Origin: a virus | Length of the DNA stretch: 64,000 bases | IMG/VR virus record: IMGVR_UViG_3300025121_000776 | Location: 122,856-186,855 of that record | Reading direction: 5' to 3' (one strand) | Shown: positions 9,416 through 20,800 of the stretch, piece by piece | How positions within the stretch are numbered: the first letter of the stretch is position 1 | How the letters are laid out: every line of letters starts with the position of its first letter | The notes under the pieces: generated by a model | The model's database searches: none | What the model saw: the letters and a program-made list of their open reading frames with translations, nothing else | What the model was told of the DNA's origin: nothing | Translations under genes and position numbers: made by a program

Positions 9416-10558
9416 ATGAACTCAGAGATTTCGGGAGACCCAGAGGTTGTCCCATTCGTAGGAAAAATAAATTTATTCAAAGAAAAGTATTTTTCCCAAG
9501 CTACAGATTTGGAATGGAATAACTGGAAATGGCAATTGCAACATGCAATCAAAACTACAGAAGAATTACAACATTTTATCAAACTTACAAAAGAAGAAAC
9601 AATCAAAACTGCTGGGCTTCCTCTTAAAATTACACCATATTATCTTAATTTGTTTTATAACAAAAAGCAAAATGACCCATTGAGAAAAACTATGGTGCCA
9701 ACTACTCATGAACTTATAGATAGTTTCGGAGAACAAATTGACCCTCTTGGAGAAAATCACGATTCCCCAATACCTGGATTGGTTCATAGATATCCAGATA
9801 GAGTTTTAATTCTTACCACAAATGTTTGCTCTGCCAATTGTAGATATTGCACCCGTTCTAGAATTATTGAAAACGATAATAGTGAGCACAAAAGTGTAAA
9901 TATCTATGCCATTATAAATTATATAAAGCAAAATAAACAAATTCGAGATGTTATTTTATCAGGGGGAGACCCACTTATAATGTCCGATGATAAACTTGAA
10001 TTCCTTTTAAAAGAACTTAGAAATATTGGGCATGTTGAAATGATTCGTATAGGTACTAAGGTACCCTTTGTTCTTCCTCAAAGAATTACAGATGACTTGG
10101 TGAATATGATAAAAAAGTATCACCCAGTGTTTATGAGCATTCACTCAACTCACCCCAACGAGATTACCCCAGAATCCAAAGCCGCCATCTTAAAATTGGC
10201 CGATGCAGGACTTGTATTGGGAAGTCAAACTGTTTTATTAAAGGAAATAAATGATAATACTGTAACTCTTAAAAATTTATTTCACGAACTTTTAAAACTT
10301 CGTGTCAGACCTCTATATTTATATCAATGCGACCCCATAAAAGGCTCAGCTCATTTTAAAACAAAAATTGATGACGGGCTTAATATTATAAAAGGGCTAA
10401 GAGGACATACCAGCAGCTACGCTATTCCGCAATTTGTTATTGATGCTCCTGGCGGGGGAGGGAAAATTCCGATTGTGCCAAATTCAGTTGTTTCGAAAGA
10501 TGAAAAATATATTTATCTTAAGAATTACGAAAACGAAGTATTTAAGTACCCACTATAA
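9416..10558 (+). CDS. kamA: KamA-family radical SAM enzyme (lysine 2,3-aminomutase-like)
   Basis: WNNWKWQL, DPLGE, GLVHRYPDRVL, CSANCRYCTR, LSGGDPL, YLYQCD, DAPGGGGKIP. Confidence 0.9.
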   Translation: MNSEISGDPEVVPFVGKINLFKEKYFSQATDLEWNNWKWQLQHAIKTTEELQHFIKLTKEETIKTAGLPLKITPYYLNLFYNKKQNDPLRKTMVPTTHELIDSFGEQIDPLGENHDSPIPGLVHRYPDRVLILTTNVCSANCRYCTRSRIIENDNSEHKSVNIYAIINYIKQNKQIRDVILSGGDPLIMSDDKLEFLLKELRNIGHVEMIRIGTKVPFVLPQRITDDLVNMIKKYHPVFMSIHSTHPNEITPESKAAILKLADAGLVLGSQTVLLKEINDNTVTLKNLFHELLKLRVRPLYLYQCDPIKGSAHFKTKIDDGLNIIKGLRGHTSSYAIPQFVIDAPGGGGKIPIVPNSVVSKDEKYIYLKNYENEVFKYPL

Positions 10559-10562
10559 AAAA

Positions 10563-11495
10563 CTAGATTTCTATGCTCATAATGATAACTTCATTTTCAA
10601 ATGTAATGTGCTTGCCATTATACTTTAAAAGAATATTCATTAGCTCTTTATTAGATAGGTTATATTTTTCATTAAAATCTTTCCCATAAGTAGAATCATA
10701 ATCTTTTAGATAAGCAATAAAACTTTTTTGGTTTTTTTCGTCATCTGCATGTATACTTGAAACATATAAATTAAATTGTTCTAAATCTTTCCTTAATCTC
10801 TCAAGAAAATCATTCAATGCTAAATTATCTGTTTTTATAGTTTCACCTTTATTAAAGTTTTTATTAAGCAATAAGCCAAATTTCTCATTAAGAATAGAGA
10901 GTTTCTTTTTAATATTTTTTTTCTCTTCTTCTAACACGGTTATCCTTTGAAGTTTTTTTACCTCTTCTTTTATAAAATTTTTTAGATTCATTATATGTTA
11001 ATTATCATCTGTGTTAAAATCTGGCTCTGGCGCTTCACGCTCCTCCCATTGTACATTAGCAACACGTTCAAACCATTTACCAATAATATTAGTTAATTTT
11101 GTATGTAATTCTGGTGATGGGTCTCCTTCATCTCCTTTTTCTATAAGAGATTTTTCGAAATATTGTACAACTTCTTCACCAACTTCCAAACCACCCAATA
11201 TGTTTAATAAAGAATCAGAAGCATAAGAATCTCCATCGTTTCCAATAGCTTTTATATAAAAAGTTTCTAAAGTATCACCATCTTCCTCTATTTCAAAATC
11301 ATCAAATTTTGGATAGTCATTTTCAACTTGATTCCAAGGAGCACTTGGGTCTGCATCTGCACCTGCAGGATAATCATAATTATTATACTCCTTTAAAAGT
11401 TTTAACTGATTTTCAATTTCATTTTTTTCACTTTCTAACAAAGTTTTCTTGTGAAGTTTTATTATTTCTTTGTTGATAAATTCCTTTATATTCAT
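10563..11495 (-). CDS. Two hypothetical proteins (10563-10991, 10998-11495) sharing an N-terminal MNxKxFIxxExxKL...LExEK motif
   Basis: The two N-termini align over about 36 aa. Confidence 0.65.
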
Positions 11496-11601
11496 ATTTT
11501 TATATTTTTAATAACTTAAGTCAGCGAATTCTTTTAAATTTATACAGAATTTCTAATAAATATCTAAAAATTTTTAAGTATTTATATGAAACGAAAATCG
11601 A

Positions 11602-12441
11602 ATGGACCCAACAGGAAAATTTATAGGATATCATTGCTCTGGTTCCGATATGGAGCCAACTGACTTTAAAGGCAGCACGGTTGGCTACGCCCCCTACTAC
11701 AATAATATTATCGTTAAATTACCAGAAGAACTTAAAATAAAAATTTATTCCGATATTGCCTATTTTAACCAATTAGCAGAAATTTCCGACTCCCCACAAA
11801 TAAATCTTAGAAATATTCCCAAAACTATGACATCTTCTTATGACGAAGATTTAATGAATGAATTAGGAGAAATTATAGACGATGTCATTGGGGGAATTAT
11901 TTTTGTTGACGAAAAAGAACCTAGAATAGAATTTGGAGCAGATTGCTATGAAGTTTTTATCAAAGGAAATAACTTCTTCTCAATTGATGATAAATTGAGC
12001 GGAGATATCCACCATTCAAAAATCTATGTATACTTCAAAGGAACACACCCAGTTCTAAAAAAAATCAAAGAACACTCTCTAGTGGCCGAAAATATAAGAA
12101 AATATATAAGAAAAGTTTTAAATGAAGAATTTAAAAAGAAGCTATTTAATTCTGAAGCAGACCGTGAACTATGGATTAAACTTAATGCTGAAAGACAAAT
12201 CGAATGGGAAAAAAATTTAACTTACTTTGACTCTGAATTACAAACACATAAACCCACATTGCAAGCATTAAACCCCAGAAGCATGGAAGAGGCATTAAGA
12301 ATATCAAGAAATCAATGTGAATATGATGAGAAAGAAGGTAAGCTTAGATATTCTTTAGAGGAATTACTCCTGCTTGACCAAAATGTTCTTGCAAAAATCG
12401 GCCAGAAAAGACATAAAGAAAAGAATGGATTAAAAAACTAG
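11602..12441 (+). CDS. Hypothetical protein with internal NIRKYIRKVLNEE motif
   Basis: ORF track. Confidence 0.65.
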   Translation: MDPTGKFIGYHCSGSDMEPTDFKGSTVGYAPYYNNIIVKLPEELKIKIYSDIAYFNQLAEISDSPQINLRNIPKTMTSSYDEDLMNELGEIIDDVIGGIIFVDEKEPRIEFGADCYEVFIKGNNFFSIDDKLSGDIHHSKIYVYFKGTHPVLKKIKEHSLVAENIRKYIRKVLNEEFKKKLFNSEADRELWIKLNAERQIEWEKNLTYFDSELQTHKPTLQALNPRSMEEALRISRNQCEYDEKEGKLRYSLEELLLLDQNVLAKIGQKRHKEKNGLKN

Positions 12442-12588
12442 TCCCGCCAAAATAAAAGTCCAAAGACCAAAGGTCTATTTCACAAAAAACAAAGTGTGAT
12501 AATTTTACAACTTATTTCTATAATTATGTAAACCTTTCCATTCTTTTTATTATCATGTTTGTGCTATATAAATTAAAAAAATATAAGT

Positions 12589-12924
12589 ATGAAAAAAAAC
12601 ACAAGTGAAGTTCTATTAGAAAATCCTGCAGAAAAAGGAAAGACCAGTCCAGCTGAAAAAATTAGAGTACAACGAATTAGAGTACAACGAATTAGAAATT
12701 ATCGTGATTTTTTTGGCTCCCCTATTCTTTTAGATTTTTCTACTCCCAGTGAGAGTGTGAAAACAGCTGCAGTCAAAATTTTAGATGAATTAGAAGAAAA
12801 AGCAAGGTTTGAAAGAAAGATGTCAAATCCTTACTATTCTTTTGCAAACACAAAAAAACGAGCAAGCAATTTAATCAAAAAAATCAGAACACATCCAATA
12901 GTGAAGTATCTTGGATTTCGATGA
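12589..12924 (+). CDS. Hypothetical protein with IRVQR x2 micro-repeat
   Basis: 15-bp attagagtacaacga tandem at about 12661-12696. Confidence 0.6.
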   Translation: MKKNTSEVLLENPAEKGKTSPAEKIRVQRIRVQRIRNYRDFFGSPILLDFSTPSESVKTAAVKILDELEEKARFERKMSNPYYSFANTKKRASNLIKKIRTHPIVKYLGFR

Positions 12925-13065
12925 TAGAAATTGTTTTTAAACTTTTTTCCGTGGCGAAAATTGTTTAACGCTCAAATAGAGGGAACATTCTGCTCCCTCT
13001 GTTTTTGTTTCATAAAATTTGGTTAATATAAAAAATCTTTATACCTTTACACAAAATTTTTTATT

Positions 13066-16000
13066 ATGCCAGCAAGAGAAATATTCTTTACATTTGATAC
13101 AAATGTCAAAGTAAACAAAGAAATTTTAGCACAATTTCAAGATGACTTTGAAATATTTTATAATGACGATAATGATAACGTTGAAAAAGCCCTTAGAGAA
13201 TTTAACTGCACAGAATTTAATAAAGAATTCTTCCAGGAATTTATAAAAACATTGAAAGGTTTTAATTGCGTAAGCAACGAATTCACTAGAGGAGGTATTA
13301 ACGGAAAACAAAAAGTCGTTGTAGATTTTATCAATGAAGCTTTATTAGACGAAACATCAACTCCCTTAACCACTCTCGGTATCAAATACCTCTACGATGA
13401 GTGGAATTACGAAGGCTGTGGCTCAGACGACCATTACTATTATACCTACACCGATGTTAAGAAAATGACCAAGAAGTATGTTAAAGAATTTAAGGCCGCT
13501 GCAGATAAATTAAGGGGTATGGGAGTTAAAGTTTCTTTTTCTATTGATGAACAATAAAATATAAATATATGCAAAAATTATCAGAATTTACAACATGGCT
13601 TAAGAACGAATACATATATTCTTCAGACGCAATAACGGGGATGGCTGAAGTATATGAAAAAGCCTATAGTTTAAGAGATTGCTATGAGTCAATTAAATGT
13701 GAAGAGAAAATAATAAATTCTTCTGAATGGAAAACATGGATGGAAGAAAGAGAAGCAGAATATAAAATACTTTCTGAAAAAAACAATACCCCCAGAATCA
13801 ACTCCAAATCATTTCTCAAACTTTTGCAAAATCACCCAAAGGGGAAAAAATATAAAATATATCAGCCAGACTCTCTCAAAGTTGCTTGTATATTAAATGA
13901 AGAAAAAGATTTTCTTTATTCAATAAATTGTGAAAATTTATTTTCTGAAAGATATGTAAAAATGAAATATTCATTCAATGCTGAAGGTGGGGCAAATTCT
14001 GGATACATGTTAAACAATAGTGATAGAAAAACAGATAAAAATGAAAAATACAAAAGCTTTTTTGATATTTTTTCAACATCAGATGTTGACCAAATATTTA
14101 ATGCCGTAGAATTGTTTGAAGAAGAGTATGTGGGACCAAGTACGGAAGCATATTTAAAATTTATAAAGGACGATTATATTGTTGAAAAACATTCTGATTG
14201 GGAAAAAAAATCTTTTAAAAGGCGATTTTACAATAATAAACACATGCTTCAAAAAGCTGAAAAATGGCTTACAGAAACTTATAAAGATAATCCAGACAAA
14301 ATACTGGAAGATTGCTTGGAACCAATGCTTAGAAAAATATATCTGAACTTAAAAAATAAATAATTATGCCAATATGTTATACCATGTTTACATTTAACAA
14401 TGAAATTGAAGTAAACGAAGAATTAGTAGAAAAAACAAAAAACCTGTTCGAAGAAGAAATTCTTGTTGAATATGAATACGAAGAAGTCTGTGTAGAGTTT
14501 TTACAAGAATATATTGCAGACCTTTCAATGTGCAAATCATGCAACCCTTATCCCTATAACGGAAGTAAAAGAGAATCGGCAATCGCAATGTTTCCCCATT
14601 GTCACGGAAATGATGAGTTGGGAAAAATCTTTGGCTTTAAAAAAATAAGCGATAAGTGGGAAAATGAAGGAGCTGAAGATTATTACTCTTACACATTTAT
14701 AGACAGAAAAACAGAAGAAGATAAACTTACAAAAGGATTAAAAAAAATAATTCAAGATTTAAGAAATCTTGGAAACTCAATAAGTATTGAAATTAACGGC
14801 CAAAAAATTTGAAATTTATTATGCATAAAGAAGACAGAATAAAAAATTATAATCCATACACCACAGAAAGTGCAAAGTTAGAAAAAAAATTATATGACAC
14901 TTTACTTGAGCTTACGTCATTTTCTTTTCATGATGCACTTATAGGTAAAAGTGCATTCGAAGAATATATTAAATATGTTGAAGATTGTATTGATATAAAA
15001 GAAATCCCAATCAAATATGGAGAATGGATTCACGAACAATCTTTTAAATATTACAAAGAATAATTATTTTAAAAACCAACTAATATGCAAAAAGTATTCT
15101 CATTAAAACCATCAGACCTCAAAAGTGTTCACGAACTTCAATCAATTCTTGATGATGGATATAAAGTGATTTATGTCACCGCCAATCACATTGCAATCGC
15201 AGGAGGAGGAGATTCCGTAAACACCTATTCTATAGAAGGTCATATAGTTTATATCTTGCAACAATGAGCCACTATCGTCTAAAAACAAAATATAACTCTG
15301 AAGGAGCTTATGGCAGTACAGAAGAACATGTTCTTTTCGCTCACCATAATCTGTCATGTGATTATGTAACATTCTATGATGAGAACGGAACCTGCATCAT
15401 GAGCATTCCAGATACAATAGATAATAATCTCCTGGACGCAATTAATAAACTCTATGCCCCCTTTGAAAAAGATTCAAAAATAATTGAAGGAGTTGAAACA
15501 ATGACCAAAGAAGATAGAGAAAAATGTGGACTTTAATATAAAATATGAACCTAAATATAAAATATGAACCTAAATATAAAATATGAACCTATTACAAATT
15601 ATAATTCCATATAGTGGAGAAGGACCTGGAATAGAATTAAAGAGCTTCTTTATTTTTTCTTTTATCTTTTTTGCCATTTTTTATGCAATACGAATTTTTT
15701 CCTTCCTTATTAAGAAGAAGAAAAATAAATTATTATGTGGAGATACTTTTTTTAAGTATGTTATAGCAGATACCGATATAGTATCATTCTTTTTTGTTGT
15801 AATAACATCTTCCTGTATACTTTACTGGCTTATAGAACTTTTTAACACAATAATCAAATGATAACAATAATTTTTATAATCTTAATCTCATTAATAGCTG
15901 CACTAGTTATTGATAAATTCAAAAAACCAAAAAAAAGGGGATGGGCAAAATCAGATGGAAAAAATTATGTTCCAGCAAAAATTTGTAAACTTATCGCCAG

Positions 16001-16347
16001 AAGAAAAGGAATCATTCTTGTATAAAGGTTGAAATTCTGGCAAAAAAAATTAGAAAAAATTTTTTGACTGATGCTGCTAAAGAAAAACTTAAATTAATTC
16101 TTATCCCTGTATGAACGATATAACTCAATTAAAAGAATGTCCCCATTGTAAATTTAATCTAGACGATGGAGATATATACGAAGTTCTTAGGGGACACGAA
16201 TCTTATAAAAAATATTCTGATGAAGAAGTAAAACAATTCGCTGGACATTATGGATGGACAGAAACAAACAGAATACATGGCTCTAAGTTAATTGGAGTTG
16301 ACTTGAAATATATGTGCCCGAATTGCAATATGCCAGTAATGGCTTAA
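13066..16347 (+). CDS. Run of hypothetical proteins (13066-13557, 13569-14363, 14366-14812, 14809-15063, 15085-15267, 15264-15536, 15583-15861, 16111-16347)
   Basis: ORF track, co-oriented with tight spacing; TATACCTTTA host-type promoter near 13040; 13066 and 14366 are paralogues. Confidence 0.65.
15534..15591 (+). repeat. 19-bp tandem repeat x3 containing the start codon region
   Basis: taaatataaaatatgaacc repeated; the last copy supplies the ATG of 15583-15861. Confidence 0.9.
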
Positions 16348-16484
16348 ATTCTGATAAAAAAATGGGGGGAAAATTTTTTACCAAGCTGTTTTTAAACCAA
16401 ACGAAGAGTTATAACTAATTGATAGTCAATATATAAAGGTGGAAAACGTTGAAAATTTTGGGATAAAAAAATTGTGCATGGTTC

Positions 16485-16641
16485 GGGACGGGGGTCATTT
16501 AGGGGGTCTAAATAGTGCTTATTAAGGGTACGAAGGGGGCTAATTAGGGGGTCTATTTAAGCCCCAGCCCCACAGTAAACCCCTTATTTAAGCCCCTTAT
16601 TTCTTAAGGAGTCTATTGGGTATATGGGGAGTGGTCGGGGG
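16485..16641. other. G-run then C-run non-coding block at the boundary of the promoter array
   Basis: Six G3-G5 runs at 16485-16551, then four C4 runs at 16562-16596; tagggggtcta x2; tatttaagcccc x2. Confidence 0.7.
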
Positions 16642-16935
16642 TTTGTTTTTTATATTTTCTAATATGTTTTTATATTCTAATAACAAACTGTCATAAAAAG
16701 GCTCATTAATTCCTTTCATTTTATTTAATAAGGTTGCTATTCCGCAGGTGGCGGGGGTTTCAGTACCATTTCTTAATCCTATAAATTTACCTCTTATCTT
16801 TTTTTCTAATATATCAAACATAATAAAGTTTTTATGGTTTATAAATGTATAAAGAATAAAAAGAATAAAAGGGGAAATTTTAGGTTTACCCCTTTTTTTA
16901 AAAAGTTTCTTTATATTCGCATAACCAATAAAAAA

Positions 16936-17502
16936 ATGTATATGCAAAATTCAGATTTATTCAACTTGATTAACAAATTCAACTTTAGTGGCGTTTCTTT
17001 TGTATCTTTAAAGAATTATCGTTCTGATAAAAGTGATAACACCGAAGTTGCCGATATTCTTATTAACGTAGGTATTTCTTACGAAAAATTAAAAGCTGAT
17101 GACCTTGAAGTTTTACAAGCTACAAAAAGAAGTATTGGCTCATTTGTTACTGAAAATTTTGGAATAGCAATACTTGAACAAGCTATTGATGAAAAAATAC
17201 AGTCAATTTTAAAACCAAACGAAAATCGTAGCAATGGGCAAAAAGACGCTTTTGTTATTCTTAACAATGGAATGAAATATTGCCCAAACACAGACAGTTT
17301 AATTATTAATGGTTCAGTTGTAAGAAAAACTGTAATTGTAAAAGGCGAATTTAAAGAAGTAAAAAGTAAACCTTTGACTTTAGCAAAAAAACACCTTGAC
17401 AAAGCACTTGACCTTAAACTTGCAAAATTAAGATATTACAAACTAAGCAACTTAGGTGCAATAAAAGTAAGCGGGGACACAATCGAAATAACAAAAAGAT
17501 AA
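16936..17502 (+). CDS. Hypothetical protein, first gene of the promoter array
   Basis: Start reassigned to the ATG downstream of the class-1 promoter. Confidence 0.7.
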   Translation: MYMQNSDLFNLINKFNFSGVSFVSLKNYRSDKSDNTEVADILINVGISYEKLKADDLEVLQATKRSIGSFVTENFGIAILEQAIDEKIQSILKPNENRSNGQKDAFVILNNGMKYCPNTDSLIINGSVVRKTVIVKGEFKEVKSKPLTLAKKHLDKALDLKLAKLRYYKLSNLGAIKVSGDTIEITKR

Positions 17503-17864
17503 TAAAATAAAAAAGAAAAAGGGACTGAAAAGTTCCCTTTTTTGTTTATATATTGCTTTATAATAAACGTTCCTATAATAATAAAAGGTTTCCCTATCTT
17601 AATTTTTAAATGCTTTAAAACGCTTTAAAACGAGTTTCCCCTTTTCTCTCCCTTTTTCTTTATAACAACATTAGAAGTTAAACAATAAACAATAAACAAA
17701 TGAAGAGTATGAAGAAATTATAAAGAAATTTATTTAAAAATAAATTTCTCCCCCACTCAAAAGGTGGGGGCTAACTGAATTTATAAACTTTCCCTATGAC
17801 ACAAGATTCCCCCTTTTTCTCAATCTTTTCTTTATATGTTTATAACCAATAAAAACATAAAACA

Positions 17865-20800
17865 ATGAATTATTTAAAAATTGTAATTAACGAAACGGCT
17901 TGTAACAGTCCAAAAGTATCAGACGATACTCATGTTTTTAATCAAATAGTTGAAAAGAAAAAAACCATTGAAGAAGTTGAGGAATTTCTAAAAGACCGTT
18001 ACGGCAAAGTAATAAGCAAAAAACACAGAGAAAAAAGAGGAGTTTTTGTTGATGATAAAAACGGACAAGCAAAAAGAGTGGGATTTCTTTTTTCTTTTTG
18101 GAACAAAGATTGGTCGCATAATTCAAAAAGTTGGTTTCAAACTGATTGGATTGAAATAATGAAAGTTGAAGAACAAGTAGTATTAATATAAAAAGATAAG
18201 GGGATTTTCCCCTTTTTTTTATTTTGTTTCTTTATATGTTTATAACTAAAATTAAAAGTCATGAAAAAAGTAACAAAAACTTTAAAAGAAAGAGGCGACA
18301 TAAAACCCGCTACAACTTTAAAAAACGTCTTCAAGAAAGAAGCAATTGTAAGTGCTAATGACGCATTTGAATTGGGATTAGCTTTACAAAGCTTATTAGA
18401 CCACGAAACTGAGTTTTCAAACACAGGAGTTTCTGTAAGTAAAATAACAGAAGCAATTGATTTTGTTAAAAGTAATATTCAGCAAGATATTTTTGCATAG
18501 TTTCCCCTTTTTTTTCTTTAATTTCTTTATATTATTATGATAATAACAATTTGGTTTACATTATTTAAACTTTTGAAAGAAAACAAAAGGCTTTTAAAAG
18601 AAGACAAAAAGATTGACAGTATTGCTGTTGAATTGATTAAAAAACACAAAGAAGTAGAAACTGTTTAAAAGAAACAATTATGCAGACGAAAATTAGAGGC
18701 AGTACAATTTTAAGTGCTTAAAGTAAAAAAGCAAAAGAAATTTTACAAAACAAATTTAAAAAATCTAATTATGCCGAAAAATAAAGGTTCGCCAAGATAA
18801 CAAAATATCTTTATATGTTTATAACCAATAAAGTCAAATACAAAATACAATTTAGACTTGAAAACCCCTCTCACAAAGGGGTTTTGCATTTCCCCTTTTC
18901 TTTGTAAATTTCTTTATATGTTTATAACCAATAAAACAAATCAAAATGGCAAAAGACAAATTATCAAAAGGACAAAGAAATTTTGTAAACAAATTTATTA
19001 ATTCTGATGGCAAACTTTCAGAAGAAAAAATGGTAAAAAGGAACAATCGTTTTTCTGGCGAAGAAGCCGAATTAAATGAAGTTGCTGCAGAATGTTTTGA
19101 CTTTGTAATGAAAGTTGAAGACGGTTTAAACAGAAGAAGTGAAGCTATTTTAAAAGCTATCCACCCCGACCTTAAACTTTCAAACGCAGTGCAAAAGTTT
19201 GATATGGCTCGTATGACTGTTTTAGCCTTTGATTCTGAAGCTTACATGACTTTATTAGATTAAAAGAAAGGGGAGTTTCCCCTTTTCTCTCCCTTTTTCT
19301 TTATATGTTTATATAACCAATAAAACCAAATCAAATGCCAAATCAAGTAGCTCAAATAATCAGACAACAACTTTATGCAGGTGGACGTATTAAAGTTTTC
19401 ACTTGGGGTGCTAATGCTTGGAGGGCAGGAGAAAATTTTTTACATTTTAGAGTTACAGGGAAGTTATTTCGTGGGGTTGTTAGAATAACTTTAAACTCAA
19501 TGGATTTATACGATATAAAACTAATGAAAGTAAGCGGCGAAGTTGTAAAAGAAATAAATGGAATTTACAACGACCAACTTACTGATGTAATTGATAACGC
19601 AATTGAAAGAGTTCCCGAATATAAATTTTAAAAACTGGGGGTTTCCCTTTTTTCTACAAATTTCTTTATATGTTTATAACCAAAAATTAAAAACCAATGA
19701 TGATAATTTTATTCAGAGAAAGCAGAAGAGTATTAACTCTTAAAGAGTACAATGAAAGTCGCACAGTGTTAGGAGTTTTAAGCGGTAAAGAATACAGACG
19801 ACAAAGGCGTAAAGATAAAAGAAAATAGTTTTTTCAATTGCATGTTTTCATTTTTTGATGTTAAAATTGGTTAAAGGGGAAAATGGACATTCCCCTTTTT
19901 CTTTTTTATTTCTTTATATGTTTATAACCAACAAACCAAAGATTATGGCAAAGAAGAAAAAAAACAAAAAAGAAGTCTCCCTTGATGATTATATAAAAGC
20001 TAATCGTAGGGGTTCACGTGAAGCTGAATTAGAATTCGCAAATGGTTTCAGAGCCGTACACAAAACTCATAAAAGCAAAAAAACTTATGCAAGAAAAGGC
20101 AAACACAAAGAGGTTTTTGCATAGAGGAAGTCTCCCCCTTTTCTCAGAATATTTCTTTATATGTTTATAAACCAATAAAATTATGGAAAAATCATCCAAA
20201 AAAAGCGAAAACAAATGCACTAATACAACATTAGTTTCTGGACTTGTTACGGTTTTAAAAACACCCATAACAGAAAGGTATTGTAAAGTTGGCGACATAG
20301 CAACATTAGATATGAAAAATAAACAAATTAGATGTGGCGGTGCTTGGTTTAATTTTGATGAACGTTGGACTGTTCAATCTTGCAACTACAAATTGTTATT
20401 AGATACTTTTAAACAATCCCCTTTTTTCTTTTAAAGTTTCTTTATATAATAAAAAATATTATGGCAGGACATTTTCCACTTAGTAAAATTGATGAACCTC
20501 GAATATTTAGATTGGTCGATAAAATCAAAAATTTAATTATTTCAAATGGTTCAGTTATTAAAGACTTTGAAAAATTCAAAATTACAGTTGGAAAAAATTC
20601 TGTTTATGAAATAATGAAACTCTCAAAAGATTATGTTGAAAATCCTATAAAAGAATTTGCATTTAATGTTGGAAAATTTTCTCTTGAAAGTATTACTGAT
20701 GAACATCCTTCGCTTACAAAAAATATTAGTCTTGAATGTCATTTTCTAATAACTGAAAAAACAGTTATTAAAAAAATTATTATAAAAGATATATTTTGGG

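Noticed and set aside
16597-16947. Divergent gene upstream of the promoter array
   Set aside because: The N-terminal part is the reverse complement of promoter DNA; only the portion from about 16790 (MFDILEK) may be real, and this could not be supported further.
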